This document shows positions 17,676 through 27,374 of a stretch of DNA of 64,000 nucleotides, in pieces. This DNA is from Bryobacterales bacterium (GTDB lineage Bacteria; Acidobacteriota; Terriglobia; Bryobacterales; Bryobacteraceae), in NCBI GenBank assembly GCA_025350625.1, contig JANXXL010000147.1:1275-65274 (forward strand), read 5' to 3'. Each line of letters begins with the position of its first letter. Position 1 is the stretch's first letter. The notes beneath the pieces are model-generated. The model saw only the letters and a list, made by a program, of their open reading frames with translations. It did not search any database and had not been told where the DNA came from. Position numbers and translations under genes: made by a program.

Positions 17676-18439
17676 CGAAACTCCGTGTCGTCCTGGCCGC
17701 GTGCGTCGCCGTTCTGCCCAATTGGTTGAAAATCCTGGTGCTCAGACACGGGTTTGGATTTAACATCGGGCGCCGCGTTTCCATTGGATTTTCGCTCTTC
17801 GCGGGCGTCCAACGTTGCCACATTGCCGACGATGTGCGGATCGGACACTGGAACGCTTTTATGAACATTCGCGAACTGGAGATCGAGGACCACGTGAAGA
17901 TCGGTTTTCTCAACCTATTCCGCGGCGGCGATCGCATTCACATTGGGCGCTACGCCACTATCTTGCGGTTGAACGTAATGAATTCGCGGCCCTCCACCGA
18001 AGCCGTCAATCCAACCGTTCCGGAGTTGCAACTGGGGGAGGGAGCTGTCATCACCAACGGTCACTGGCTGGATTTCACGGACCGCATTGAGCTGGGCGAT
18101 CACGCCATCATCGGCGGCCGAAATTCATCCTTGTGGACTCACAACCGGCAGCGTACCCGGCCGGTCAGCATTGGGGCGCACTCCTATTTAGGCTCGGAAA
18201 TTCGCATGGCGCCGGGCGCGGCGGTGGCGAGCTGCAGTATTGTTTCGCTGGGTTCGGTCTTAACGCAACGGTTTGAGGAAGACCGAGTCTTGATCGCGGG
18301 CAATCCCGCGCGCGTCGAGCGGCCGATTCGAGACCGCGACTTTTTTCTGATTACCCGCAAAACCCGCAGCGATATCCCGGATGAAATCGCGGCCCGGTCG
18401 CTGCCCGAAGATATCATCGCCTATAGAGCCGAACGATGA
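17672..18439 (+). CDS. hexapeptide-repeat (left-handed beta-helix) O-acetyltransferase
   Basis: 255 aa. Imperfect hexapeptide repeats (IADDVRIGHWNAF..., IELGDHAIIGGRNS, IGAHSYLGSEIRMAPGAAVASCSIVSLGSVL). ATGA overlap with the upstream gene. Confidence 0.75.
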   Translation: MTKLRVVLAACVAVLPNWLKILVLRHGFGFNIGRRVSIGFSLFAGVQRCHIADDVRIGHWNAFMNIRELEIEDHVKIGFLNLFRGGDRIHIGRYATILRLNVMNSRPSTEAVNPTVPELQLGEGAVITNGHWLDFTDRIELGDHAIIGGRNSSLWTHNRQRTRPVSIGAHSYLGSEIRMAPGAAVASCSIVSLGSVLTQRFEEDRVLIAGNPARVERPIRDRDFFLITRKTRSDIPDEIAARSLPEDIIAYRAER

Positions 18440-18452
18440 CGGGCGGACTCTT

Positions 18453-20350
18453 ATGTGCGGAATAGCCGGGTCGCTCGACCTGCGCGGGAATCCATCCGAT
18501 CGCGCCGCCGTTATCGCCATGACCAACCGGATGCTTCACCGCGGACCGGACGCGTGCGGATACTACTCGGATGGCCCGCTGAGCCTGGGACATCGCCGCC
18601 TTTCGATCATTGACCTCGAAGGGGGCGCGCAGCCCATGCAGGACGACGGCGGAAATCTGTCCATCACTTATAACGGCGAGCTTTACAACTTTCTGGCGTT
18701 GCGACAAACGCTGGAGGCTGCCGGTCACCGCTTTATCACCGAAAGCGATACCGAGGTGATTCTCAAGGCATATCTCGAATATGGCGAATCCGCGCTGGAA
18801 CATTTTCGCGGAATGTTCGCGTTCGCGATTTGGGACCGCCGCCGGCAACGTCTATTCCTGGCCCGCGACCGGGTTGGCAAGAAGCCGTTGTTCTACAGCC
18901 AAACAGCGGGGCATTTTGTCTTTGCCTCTGAATTGCATGCTCTGCTGGCGCATCCTGGCATTTCACGCGAAATCGATCCGTCCGCATTGGACGAGTACTT
19001 GACCTACGGCTATATTCCGGCGCCGCGCACTATTTTCAAGAGCGTGCGTAAGCTGGAGCCGGCCCATCATCTCACCGGAACATTCGGGCCGGATGGCGGT
19101 CCCTTTGAAACCGTCATCAAACGCTACTGGAGACTTAGTTATGCCGACAAATGGGTTTGCGACGAACAGGAAGCCGCCGAACGATTGCTCGCGGAGCTGA
19201 CCGAGGCAGTGCGCTTGAGGCTGGTGGCCGACGTTCCGATTGGCGCGCCTTGAGCGGAGGCGTGGATTCAAGCGTCGTGGTGGCGTTGATGAGCCGCCTC
19301 TCGGGCCGGCAGGTGAAGACGTTTTCGATTGGTTTTGAAGAGGAAGATTTCAATGAGCTGCCGTTTGCCCGGTTGGTGGCCGAGCGTTATGCGACGGATC
19401 ACCATGAGCTGGTGGTGCGCCCGCAATTTATGGACATCTTGCCGACCCTGGTCCGGCACTATGGCGAGCCCTATGCCGATTCCTCGGCCCTCCCCACGTA
19501 TTTCGTAGCCCAGCTTACACGCCAGCACGTCACGGTCGCGCTCAATGGAGATGGCGCGGACGAGTCGCTGGCCGGCTATGAGCGCTACTTAGGAGTGCTA
19601 CTGGCGGAAAGCTACCGCAAGGTGCCCAGTCTGCTGCGAAAAGGAGTCATTGAACCGGCCGCCTCCCTGATCCCCGGCAGGCTCCCGCGGCGCTCGCGCC
19701 TGCGTCAAGCCAAGAACTTCTTGCAGAGCGCCTGTCGGAGTGCCCCGCATCAGTATTTGCGCTGGAATACTTTTTTCGGGCCGGCCGAAAAAACTCAGTT
19801 GTATACGGAAGAATTCACGCAGCGCCTGGACCAATCGACCGCCGAAGCCTGGTTTCTCCAAAAGCTGGAGCCGGTGAATGGCCGCCCGACCTTGGACGCG
19901 CTGCTGGCTACCGATGTCGAATCTTATCTGCCCTACGATCTATTGGTGAAGATGGACGTCGCGACCATGGCCAATTCGATGGAGGCCCGCTCCCCCTTTC
20001 TGGATCACAAGGTCATGGAGTTTTGCGCCCGCCTGCCGGTCGAATATAAAATTCGCGGCCGTACTCTCAAGTATCTGCTTAAGAAAGTGGCCGGCGATTT
20101 GATTCCCGCGGCAAATATCAAGCGCCGTAAAATGGGCTTCGGAGTACCGGTCGGGCGCTGGATGAAGGACGGCCAGCTCGATTTTGTTAAACAAACCCTG
20201 TTATCCCCTCGCGCGTTGAAGCGGGGCTATTTTCGCCCCCAGACATTGCGCGCGTTGGTCACAGGCCACACCGGCCCCGGTGAGGACTACTCGCAACAAC
20301 TATGGGCTCTGGTCTGGCTTGAAATGTGGCACCAGATGTTTGTGGATTGA
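18453..20350 (+). pseudogene. asparagine synthase (glutamine-hydrolysing)-like amidotransferase, reading frame broken at ~19246-19250
   Basis: The N-terminal piece starts MCGIAG (Ntn GATase) and ends ...RLVADVPIGAP*. The second ORF continues in another frame with ALSGGVDSSVVVALM (PP-loop SGGxDS). Intact homologues read VPxGAxLSGGxDSS, so one nucleotide appears to be missing. Confidence 0.8.
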
Positions 20351-20380
20351 TTTCGCCCGCGATTGCCATTCAGGACTGTC

Positions 20381-21553
20381 ATGGACCGGGTTCTTATTGT
20401 CGCCAGTTGGGATTGGGTGCTCTATAACTTTCGCCTGCCGCTCGCGGCTGCGTTGGTCAAGGCCGGTTATGAAGTAATCCTGGTCTGCCCCCAGGGAATT
20501 TACGTCGAGCGGATCCGGGCAAGGGGGTACCGGGTAGAGTTGTGGCCGCTCTCTCGTCGCAGCACCAACCCGCTGAGGGAAATGCGGGCGGTCTGGCGTC
20601 TGCGTTCGCTCTATGCCCGCCTCATGCCCGCCATCGCGCATCATTTCTGTTTGAAGCCGAATTTCTATGGGTCGCTCGCCGCCCTTACACTGGGGCCACG
20701 CAAGCCAGCGGTGATTAATACCTTTACCGGACTGGGGTTTCTATTTTCGCGCCATCCCCTGGCTGGGTTCTTGCGTGCCTGCATGATGCCGGTATTACGG
20801 CCGAGCCTGCTGCAGAAATCGAATTGGACAATTTTTCAAAATGGCTCGGATCGCGAAAACTTCCTGAAGGCCGCCCTGGCTCTGCCCCTAACGTCGAGGG
20901 TGATTGCGGGAAGTGGCGTCAATGTGACACATTTTCGCGAGAAAATACGCGGGCGTCAAAGCGGGACTTCGCAGGTCCCGGTTATTTTCACGGCCGCGCG
21001 GCTCTTGTGGGACAAGGGGATTAGTGAAATCGTTCAGGCAGCGGAAATTCTCAGAAGGCGCGGCGTGGGCGTGGAGTTTTGGATCGCAGGCGCGGTGGAC
21101 GCAGGAAACCTGGCGGCGATTCCGCAGGCGACGATTGCTCTATGGGAGCAGCAAGGCTCGGTGCAGTTCCTGGGTCATCGAGAGGACATTCGCGAGCTCC
21201 TCGAAAAAGCCGACATCGCGCTTTTGGCAAGCGAGCATGAAGGCTTGCCACGTTTTCTACTGGAGGCAGCTGCCTGCGGACTGCCCCTGATCGGAACGGA
21301 TATTCCCGGCTGCCGCATGATTGTGCGCGACGGACTGAACGGCATGCTGGTTCCCATCAAATCGCCGGACGCGATCGCCGGCGCCGTCACGGCGCTGCTA
21401 TCCGACCCTGCACGGATGCGGCGCTATGCAGCCGCCAGCCGGCAAATCGCAGAAATCGAGTACTCCGAAGAAACCATCATGGCTGAATATTTAAATCTCT
21501 ATGCTGCGATTGGTTTGCAGCGGGAAATTCCGCGAGGAGCCCCGGTACATTAA
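20381..21553 (+). CDS. glycosyltransferase family 4
   Basis: MDRVLIVASWDW N-terminus. EHEGLPRFLLEAAACGLPLIGTDIPG motif. Confidence 0.8.
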   Translation: MDRVLIVASWDWVLYNFRLPLAAALVKAGYEVILVCPQGIYVERIRARGYRVELWPLSRRSTNPLREMRAVWRLRSLYARLMPAIAHHFCLKPNFYGSLAALTLGPRKPAVINTFTGLGFLFSRHPLAGFLRACMMPVLRPSLLQKSNWTIFQNGSDRENFLKAALALPLTSRVIAGSGVNVTHFREKIRGRQSGTSQVPVIFTAARLLWDKGISEIVQAAEILRRRGVGVEFWIAGAVDAGNLAAIPQATIALWEQQGSVQFLGHREDIRELLEKADIALLASEHEGLPRFLLEAAACGLPLIGTDIPGCRMIVRDGLNGMLVPIKSPDAIAGAVTALLSDPARMRRYAAASRQIAEIEYSEETIMAEYLNLYAAIGLQREIPRGAPVH

Positions 21554-23427
21554 TGGGGGGCCTGGCTGGCTTGCTCGGTTTGGCGCTGCTGGTCAGCTTG
21601 TCATTGACTGGTTTGCTGGTCCGGTTCGCACATCGCCTTCCGTTTTCGAAGGGACCGGCGCACGACAGGTGGCATGCGGGCTCGATTCCGGATAGCGGAG
21701 GCATCGCCATCTTCGGCGCCATGGCCATAACCTATCTGGTTGGATTTTTAAGTTTTGCCGCTCCCCACGGCATGACGGGGCTTTCGAGTGCGGCGGGCTT
21801 GCCGGGCCGTCAATCGGCGGCCGCACTGGGTACCCTGGCAATGTGGATCCTGGGAATCCTCGACGACCGCCTGCGGTTGGACGCCGCCGCAAAGTTCGCT
21901 TTCCAGGCGGTTATCGTAACCGCCGCGGTCGCGAGCGGAATTGTTGTGGATGTGACGTATTGGGGAGCGGTCAACTTTGCGCTTAGTTGGCTGTGGCTCA
22001 TGGGAATCACCAACGCCTTTAATTTGATCGATAACATGGACGGCCTGGCGGCCGGGGTGGTGGTTATTGTGGCGTTCTTTCGGAGCGGCTTACTCTATGT
22101 AAACGGATTCACTGACGATGCGCTATTGTGCACCGTGATCGGGGTCTCGTTTCTGGGTTTTCTGGTTTTCAATTTCAAGCCGGCCAAGATATTCATGGGC
22201 GATAGCGGGAGCATGATGGCGGGATTCGCGCTGGCCGCTCTGACCATTCACAGTCCCCTGTCGCACGCCCGCAGCATGATGGCGGGCCTGTTCTATCCGG
22301 CGTTGACGTTCGCCTATCCGATCTTCGACACGGCTCTGGTATCGGTGTTGCGCAGGATAGCGGGGCGTCCGATTTCGGTCGGGGGCCGGGATCACAGCTC
22401 CCACCGTCTCGCTTCGCTCGGAATGCGGGACTCGACCATCGTATGGATTTTATGGGCTTTCACCGCCATCGGTTCGGCCTCAGGCCTGCTGTTCTACGAT
22501 TTGCCGGCCTCAACCGGGGTAGCAATAGCTTTGTTGGTAGTGTTTGCAACCATGTTTGCCTTGTTCCTCGCCACACTGCCTTCTTACCAGGCGCTATCCG
22601 GGCCGGCCATCGGCCGCCTGCGGACTCTTCAGCGATGGATACCTTCCTTGCGTGCGGGTGTCACTGTTTTGCTCGATTCCATGATCGCCGTGATCGCCCT
22701 GATGGCCGCGTTCGCGATCCGCTTTGATTTGACGATACCCCCCTCGCAATATCGCAATGCGCTGCTTTCCGTGCCGGTAATCATGCTCAGCCACGCTTTG
22801 GGCGGCGTGTTATTTCGAACCTATGAGTGGTCCTGGGAATTCTTTGGACTTCACGAATTACTTCCGCTGGCCGGATCCACCGCGGTGAGCGCCTTGGCCT
22901 GTGCGGTGCTGTATTTTTCCGCCAGCGAATACTCGCGCGGAGTGCTGTTGCTATATGTGGCCTTGAGCTTCGGCCTCACGGCGATGGTGCGGTCGTCCCT
23001 GCGCCTGTTCAGACAGACAATCCAGGGGCCGCCGCCCGGTCCCTGCCGGCGCATCGCCATTTTTCGGGCGGACCTAGAAGGCGAAGCTTTAGCCCGCTTC
23101 CTGCTGGGTTCGGCCGTATTGGCGCTGCGTCCAGTGGTATTTTTCGACGACCGCCCTTTGCGCGACGGAGTCCGGGTGTGCGGCCTTCCGGTGCGGAATA
23201 TCGATGCCGATCTTCAGAAGCTACAAATTGAATGGAAGCTCGATGCGGTGCTGTTGCCCCCGCAGGAAGGCGGCCTGGATGCGCGCGCGGCGTTGGGCAG
23301 CAGGTTCCGCGAAATCGGGCTCGAGATGTGCACGCTCGATCTGAATATGAGGCTCTGGACCCATCCGGAGGCTATGCTGGCACGTCTGGGAGCCGCTGGA
23401 GAGCCGGTGCCGACGCGGCCTCTCTGA
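21553..23427 (+). CDS. WecA/MraY-family polyprenyl-phosphate sugar-1-phosphate transferase fused to a CapD/WbaP-N-terminal-like membrane + Rossmann-like module
   Basis: 624 aa. N-terminal ~330 aa carry IPDSGGIAIF and ITNAFNLIDNMDGLAAG (Glycos_transf_4). C-terminal ~290 aa have four helices (LLDSMIAVIALMAAFAIRFDL...) followed by RRIAIFRADLEGEALARFLL...VVFFDDRPLRDGVRVCGLPV. Confidence 0.8.
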   Translation: MGGLAGLLGLALLVSLSLTGLLVRFAHRLPFSKGPAHDRWHAGSIPDSGGIAIFGAMAITYLVGFLSFAAPHGMTGLSSAAGLPGRQSAAALGTLAMWILGILDDRLRLDAAAKFAFQAVIVTAAVASGIVVDVTYWGAVNFALSWLWLMGITNAFNLIDNMDGLAAGVVVIVAFFRSGLLYVNGFTDDALLCTVIGVSFLGFLVFNFKPAKIFMGDSGSMMAGFALAALTIHSPLSHARSMMAGLFYPALTFAYPIFDTALVSVLRRIAGRPISVGGRDHSSHRLASLGMRDSTIVWILWAFTAIGSASGLLFYDLPASTGVAIALLVVFATMFALFLATLPSYQALSGPAIGRLRTLQRWIPSLRAGVTVLLDSMIAVIALMAAFAIRFDLTIPPSQYRNALLSVPVIMLSHALGGVLFRTYEWSWEFFGLHELLPLAGSTAVSALACAVLYFSASEYSRGVLLLYVALSFGLTAMVRSSLRLFRQTIQGPPPGPCRRIAIFRADLEGEALARFLLGSAVLALRPVVFFDDRPLRDGVRVCGLPVRNIDADLQKLQIEWKLDAVLLPPQEGGLDARAALGSRFREIGLEMCTLDLNMRLWTHPEAMLARLGAAGEPVPTRPL

Positions 23428-23459
23428 ATAGCGTCTGCCCGTTTAAATCCTTACCGCCT

Positions 23460-24521
23460 ATGCCGCAAACACAATCGGCACTGCCCTACGGAGCTCCATC
23501 CCGGCTTCCCTCCCTGGATGGTATTCGAGCCCTTTCCATTCTTGCCGTTCTATTTGGCCATCTGGCGGGAACCCGCGGCGCCTTTCCACACTTGCGCTTC
23601 ATGGGATCGATAGGATTCCTGGGCGTGCGAGTTTTCTTCGTCCTGTCGGGCTTCTTGATCACGTTCCTGCTTCTCGAGGAACGCGAGCGAACGGGCGTTA
23701 TCTCCCTGCGCGGATTTTATCGACGGCGGATGCTGCGGATCTTCCCCGCATTCTATTTCTATCTCCTGACGATCACCCTGTTGAAGATTTCCGGCGTCCT
23801 GCACCTCCCCTGGGGCGATCTCGCCATATCCGCGGGATTTCTTACCGACTTGCGGCTCACGGACTGGAATGTGGGACATTTCTGGTCCCTTTCGACGGTG
23901 GAGCAATTTTACCTTTTGTGGCCTGCTCTGCTATTCGCCAGATGCACTCACGCCGTGACCACTGCGGTGGTGGCAATGCTCATGTCCCCGCTGCTTTCGG
24001 CGGTCTTATGGAAACTGAACTTCCCACGTTTGGGAATGTTCTTCCTAAGTGTGAATGCGATTGCAACCGGATGCGTGCTCGCGGCATTGCGAAAGCGTTT
24101 TCATGCAAACACGGTCTATATGAGCGTTCTAAGCTCGCGGTGGATCGGACTGGTCCCTGTAATTACGGTGCCGCTCGCCTGCTGGGAGGGTCACGGAGCG
24201 GTACTGTTCTATGGAGTCACCGCAGCAGGCATTGCGCTTCTTATCGACCGCGTCATCACCATACCCTGTGGGGTTGCTGCGTTTCTCAATTGGCAGCCTA
24301 TGGTCTGGCTGGGCGCGATGAGCTACTCGCTATATGTCTGGCAGCAGTTGTTCTTAAACCGTTACGTGGATAACGTGTTCACCACTTTCCCGCTGAATCT
24401 GGCCCTCAGCACGATCTGCGCGCTGCTGTCGTTCTACTTCATCGAACGCCCCTTGCAATCTTTAAAGAAGCCATCAGCAAGGCCCGCCATCGAAACAGCC
24501 CGCGCGCTGCTTCTCGATTGA
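23460..24521 (+). CDS. acyltransferase family 3 (membrane O-acyltransferase)
   Basis: Start at MPQTQSALPYG. LPSLDGIRALSILAVLFGH signature, about 10 TM helices. Confidence 0.85.
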   Translation: MPQTQSALPYGAPSRLPSLDGIRALSILAVLFGHLAGTRGAFPHLRFMGSIGFLGVRVFFVLSGFLITFLLLEERERTGVISLRGFYRRRMLRIFPAFYFYLLTITLLKISGVLHLPWGDLAISAGFLTDLRLTDWNVGHFWSLSTVEQFYLLWPALLFARCTHAVTTAVVAMLMSPLLSAVLWKLNFPRLGMFFLSVNAIATGCVLAALRKRFHANTVYMSVLSSRWIGLVPVITVPLACWEGHGAVLFYGVTAAGIALLIDRVITIPCGVAAFLNWQPMVWLGAMSYSLYVWQQLFLNRYVDNVFTTFPLNLALSTICALLSFYFIERPLQSLKKPSARPAIETARALLLD

Positions 24522-24625
24522 AAACTGTCCTGAAATCCTTTCTCGGCACCCTGCCGGCCAATTTTGGGGGGAGCAGCAGTGCTGACTTCTTTTGGCCGCG
24601 GCAAACGGCCTTAGAACTCTTCTCC

Positions 24626-25627
24626 ATGAATAACTCCAACCGCCAGTCCGTAACCGTCGTGGTCCCCACCTTCAGTCGCGGGGAGGCGCTGCGCACCACT
24701 TTAAACGCCCTCTTGGCAAGCACCAGCGACGGGCTTGAATTTGTAGAAATCTTAGTCGTGGATGATGGATCGCCCCTGCCGGCCGCTCCGCTCGTGAACT
24801 CCTTAGAAGCGGCATCACCCTTCTCCCTCCGCTGCATCCGGCAGCCGAATCGGGGCCCGGGAGCGGCGCGCAATACCGGCTTTCGGGAAGCCCAGGGGCG
24901 CATCGTCATCTTCGTCGACGACGATATCATCGCCCCCCCGAACCTCATACAACAACACCTTCGCGCGCATGCCTCTCTTCCGCAAAGCGTCATCTGCGGC
25001 CTCACTACTCTGATCCAGCCCACCCCGCCAACACCGCTCTTCCGTTTCATTAGTTCTTTATCCGGAGACGAGCCGCTTCTCGCTTCGGAACAGGAGTTCC
25101 TCGAAACCGACCAGCCGAACAGTCAGCATATTTCTGTCGAACGAGGAATGTTCGACGCAGCCTCTGCCATTTACCACGACGATCTTTTTACGCCGGCCGC
25201 GGAAGAGTTCGGGTTGGCGTATCGCTTGCGACAGGCGGGAATCAGGCTGGTATTCGCTCTGCGCATTACCGCCCGGCACGATCAGCCACTCGACCTCGCA
25301 GGCGTCTGCCGGCAACAGTACAAACATGCGCTGGGCGCGGCTGAAGTCGTTAAGAAGTACCCTGCCGCCAGGAGTCTCCCGGCGCTCGAACGTATCCTGC
25401 AAGCCAATCTGGAGAAAACGCAGGGTCTCACACTAAAGACTTTGAAGCGCGGCGTGCTGCGCTGGCTCGCGAGCGCTCCGTTGCGTAAGGGCGGTCTCCG
25501 GACCATCGAAATGTTGCAAGACTTTGTTCCTCTGCCAAGCGCGATCCTGCCACCCGTTTATCGGGCTATTGTCTCCGCGCACTATCACGCGGGTCTGAGG
25601 GACGGCTCGCGGCGGGAGTGGAGATGA
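24626..25627 (+). CDS. glycosyltransferase family 2
   Basis: Start at MNNSNRQSVTVVVPTFSRGEALRTTLNALL. ILVVDDGS, GPGAARNTG, FVDDD motifs. Confidence 0.8.
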   Translation: MNNSNRQSVTVVVPTFSRGEALRTTLNALLASTSDGLEFVEILVVDDGSPLPAAPLVNSLEAASPFSLRCIRQPNRGPGAARNTGFREAQGRIVIFVDDDIIAPPNLIQQHLRAHASLPQSVICGLTTLIQPTPPTPLFRFISSLSGDEPLLASEQEFLETDQPNSQHISVERGMFDAASAIYHDDLFTPAAEEFGLAYRLRQAGIRLVFALRITARHDQPLDLAGVCRQQYKHALGAAEVVKKYPAARSLPALERILQANLEKTQGLTLKTLKRGVLRWLASAPLRKGGLRTIEMLQDFVPLPSAILPPVYRAIVSAHYHAGLRDGSRREWR

Positions 25628-25687
25628 CGACGGCACCGGCACTCGAACAGCCGCGAACCCAGCCAACCGCGGCTTACCCGGGGTGCG

Positions 25688-25732
25688 AGTGATCGGTGGG
25701 CAAGTGATCGGTGGACAAGTGATCGGTGGGCG
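25688..25732. repeat. 15-bp tandem repeat x3 (agtgatcggtggRcN) in the intergenic gap upstream of the flippase gene
   Basis: agtgatcggtgggca / agtgatcggtggaca / agtgatcggtgggcg, read directly from the sequence. Confidence 0.9.
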
Positions 25733-25748
25733 ACGGGTTCGGACATAG

Positions 25749-27374
25749 ATGCGGCCCAGCGTCAGCTACGTTTCGATGAAAACCCGGCTCGCAGCTTTTC
25801 GCGGCCGCCGGCCGACACAGCCCACGACCAGTGGGCATCGCCTGGCGTCGAATATCTTCTACCAGCTTGGGAGCCAGTCCCTGTTGTTGGTGCTCTCGTT
25901 TGTATTCTCACCTTACGTCGTCCATCGTCTGGGTGTCGAGCTCTACGGGCTGCTTATCCTGGCGGGCATCACCACAAACTACTTTGCCATCGTCGAACTG
26001 GGACTGGGGCAAGCTAGCGTAAAGTTCCTGGCGGATGCCTACGCACGCCGGGACTGGACCGGGCTCCGGCTCATGCTGTGGACCTCGGTTCTGACGTACT
26101 TTGCTCTCAGCGCAGTGGGGGCGTTGGGATTGGTGGCGCTCACGCCGTGGCTGACGCACCTTCTGCGAGTGCCGCAAGCTTCAATCATTCTCACTAAGCA
26201 GGTTTTAAATCTCTGCGCCCTGGGATTGGCGGTATCGATGATGGGCAGTATCTTCTCTTCCGTGCCGCGCGCGCTGGAGAGGTTCGATATCGTGAGTTAC
26301 CTGAGCGTCCCCGCCGGCGTGGGTCAGCTCGTCCTGAACCTGCTGTTGCTCTATTTCGGGTATTCGATACGCGCCCTGGTAGTCGGCGGCGTAGTGATCC
26401 AGACCCTGGTACTGGTGGCTTACATTGGTGTCGCTCGTCACTTGCTTCACCCGTTGGGACGCCCCATATTTGACCGGCCGGCGCTGCGGCAGCTCTTGGG
26501 TTTCGGCGGCCTGGTCTCGGTTTCGCAAGTGGTTGTGCCGGTCCTTGCGCATCTGGAGAAATTTATCATCGGGCGCGTCCTGACATTGAGTGCAGTGGCG
26601 TTCTATAGCGTGCCCTACAATCTGGTGTGGGCACTTACCTATATTCCAGGCAGCGTTTCCGGCGTATTGTTTCCGGCTTTCTCGCGCCTGACTGTCGAGG
26701 GTGACCATGGCCGCAGATCTTATTTGCTGGTGCGCGGCACGAAATATGTGCTGGCCGCTATTCTGCCCGTAGCCGTAGTTCTGTCGATATTCAGCCACAG
26801 ATTTCTGGCTGCATGGATGGGGCCGCAGTTCGCGCTGCGCAGCACGGAGGTTCTCCAGGTGCTGGCATTTGCGGTTGTGATCAACAGCGTGTCAGATCCT
26901 GCCTACCAGGCGCTGCAAGCCATGGGGAGGCCGGGTATCCCGGCGGCGTTTAATGTTCTCGAAGTTTGCATCCACATTCCGCTGTGCTTTGTTTTGATTG
27001 GTCGTTATGGAGTGCTGGGCGGCGCAATCGCTTGGGCGGTTCGAGTCAGCCTGAACTCTCTGCTATTGACGGTAGCCTTTACGCGGGTGACAGGGATGTC
27101 CTATCGAAGCTTCGTGTCGAGCGCGCTATTGCGCCCGGCCGTAGCCGCTGCCGCGTTGCTGCCTCTGGTCTGCGCAGCCGCCTACTGGTTTCCTGACCTA
27201 AGCCGCGTCGCGACTATTCTTGGGATGATGGCAGTCGGCCTCACCTATTGGACGGGCGTTTTCGCGCTCGCACTGGATCAGGAAGACCGCCATCATTTCA
27301 GAATGTTCACCGGCCGCTGGATTCATTGGCCGGGGCTGATGCCGGCGGCCCCGCCCCCGGTGAAGATCACTTGA
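25749..27374 (+). CDS. Wzx-like oligosaccharide flippase (MOP/polysaccharide biosynthesis protein family)
   Basis: 541 aa, about 14 hydrophobic helices with the typical MOP layout. Located inside the polysaccharide locus. An alternative start at MKTRLAAF is possible. Confidence 0.8.
   Translation: MRPSVSYVSMKTRLAAFRGRRPTQPTTSGHRLASNIFYQLGSQSLLLVLSFVFSPYVVHRLGVELYGLLILAGITTNYFAIVELGLGQASVKFLADAYARRDWTGLRLMLWTSVLTYFALSAVGALGLVALTPWLTHLLRVPQASIILTKQVLNLCALGLAVSMMGSIFSSVPRALERFDIVSYLSVPAGVGQLVLNLLLLYFGYSIRALVVGGVVIQTLVLVAYIGVARHLLHPLGRPIFDRPALRQLLGFGGLVSVSQVVVPVLAHLEKFIIGRVLTLSAVAFYSVPYNLVWALTYIPGSVSGVLFPAFSRLTVEGDHGRRSYLLVRGTKYVLAAILPVAVVLSIFSHRFLAAWMGPQFALRSTEVLQVLAFAVVINSVSDPAYQALQAMGRPGIPAAFNVLEVCIHIPLCFVLIGRYGVLGGAIAWAVRVSLNSLLLTVAFTRVTGMSYRSFVSSALLRPAVAAAALLPLVCAAAYWFPDLSRVATILGMMAVGLTYWTGVFALALDQEDRHHFRMFTGRWIHWPGLMPAAPPPVKIT

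Noticed and set aside
25688-25732. Tandem repeats considered as a possible CRISPR or minisatellite array.
   Set aside because: There are only three contiguous 15-bp units with no spacers, so it is not CRISPR. It is kept as a small tandem repeat only.
8594-27374. Possibility that the locus is a PEP-CTERM/exosortase-type EPS system, given the Wza-like, Wzc-like and AsnB-like genes together.
   Set aside because: No exosortase (EpsH-like) gene and no protein ending in a PEP-CTERM sorting signal is present in the window. The C-terminal hydrophobic tail of ORF 27323-28159 lacks the PEP motif and the basic tail.
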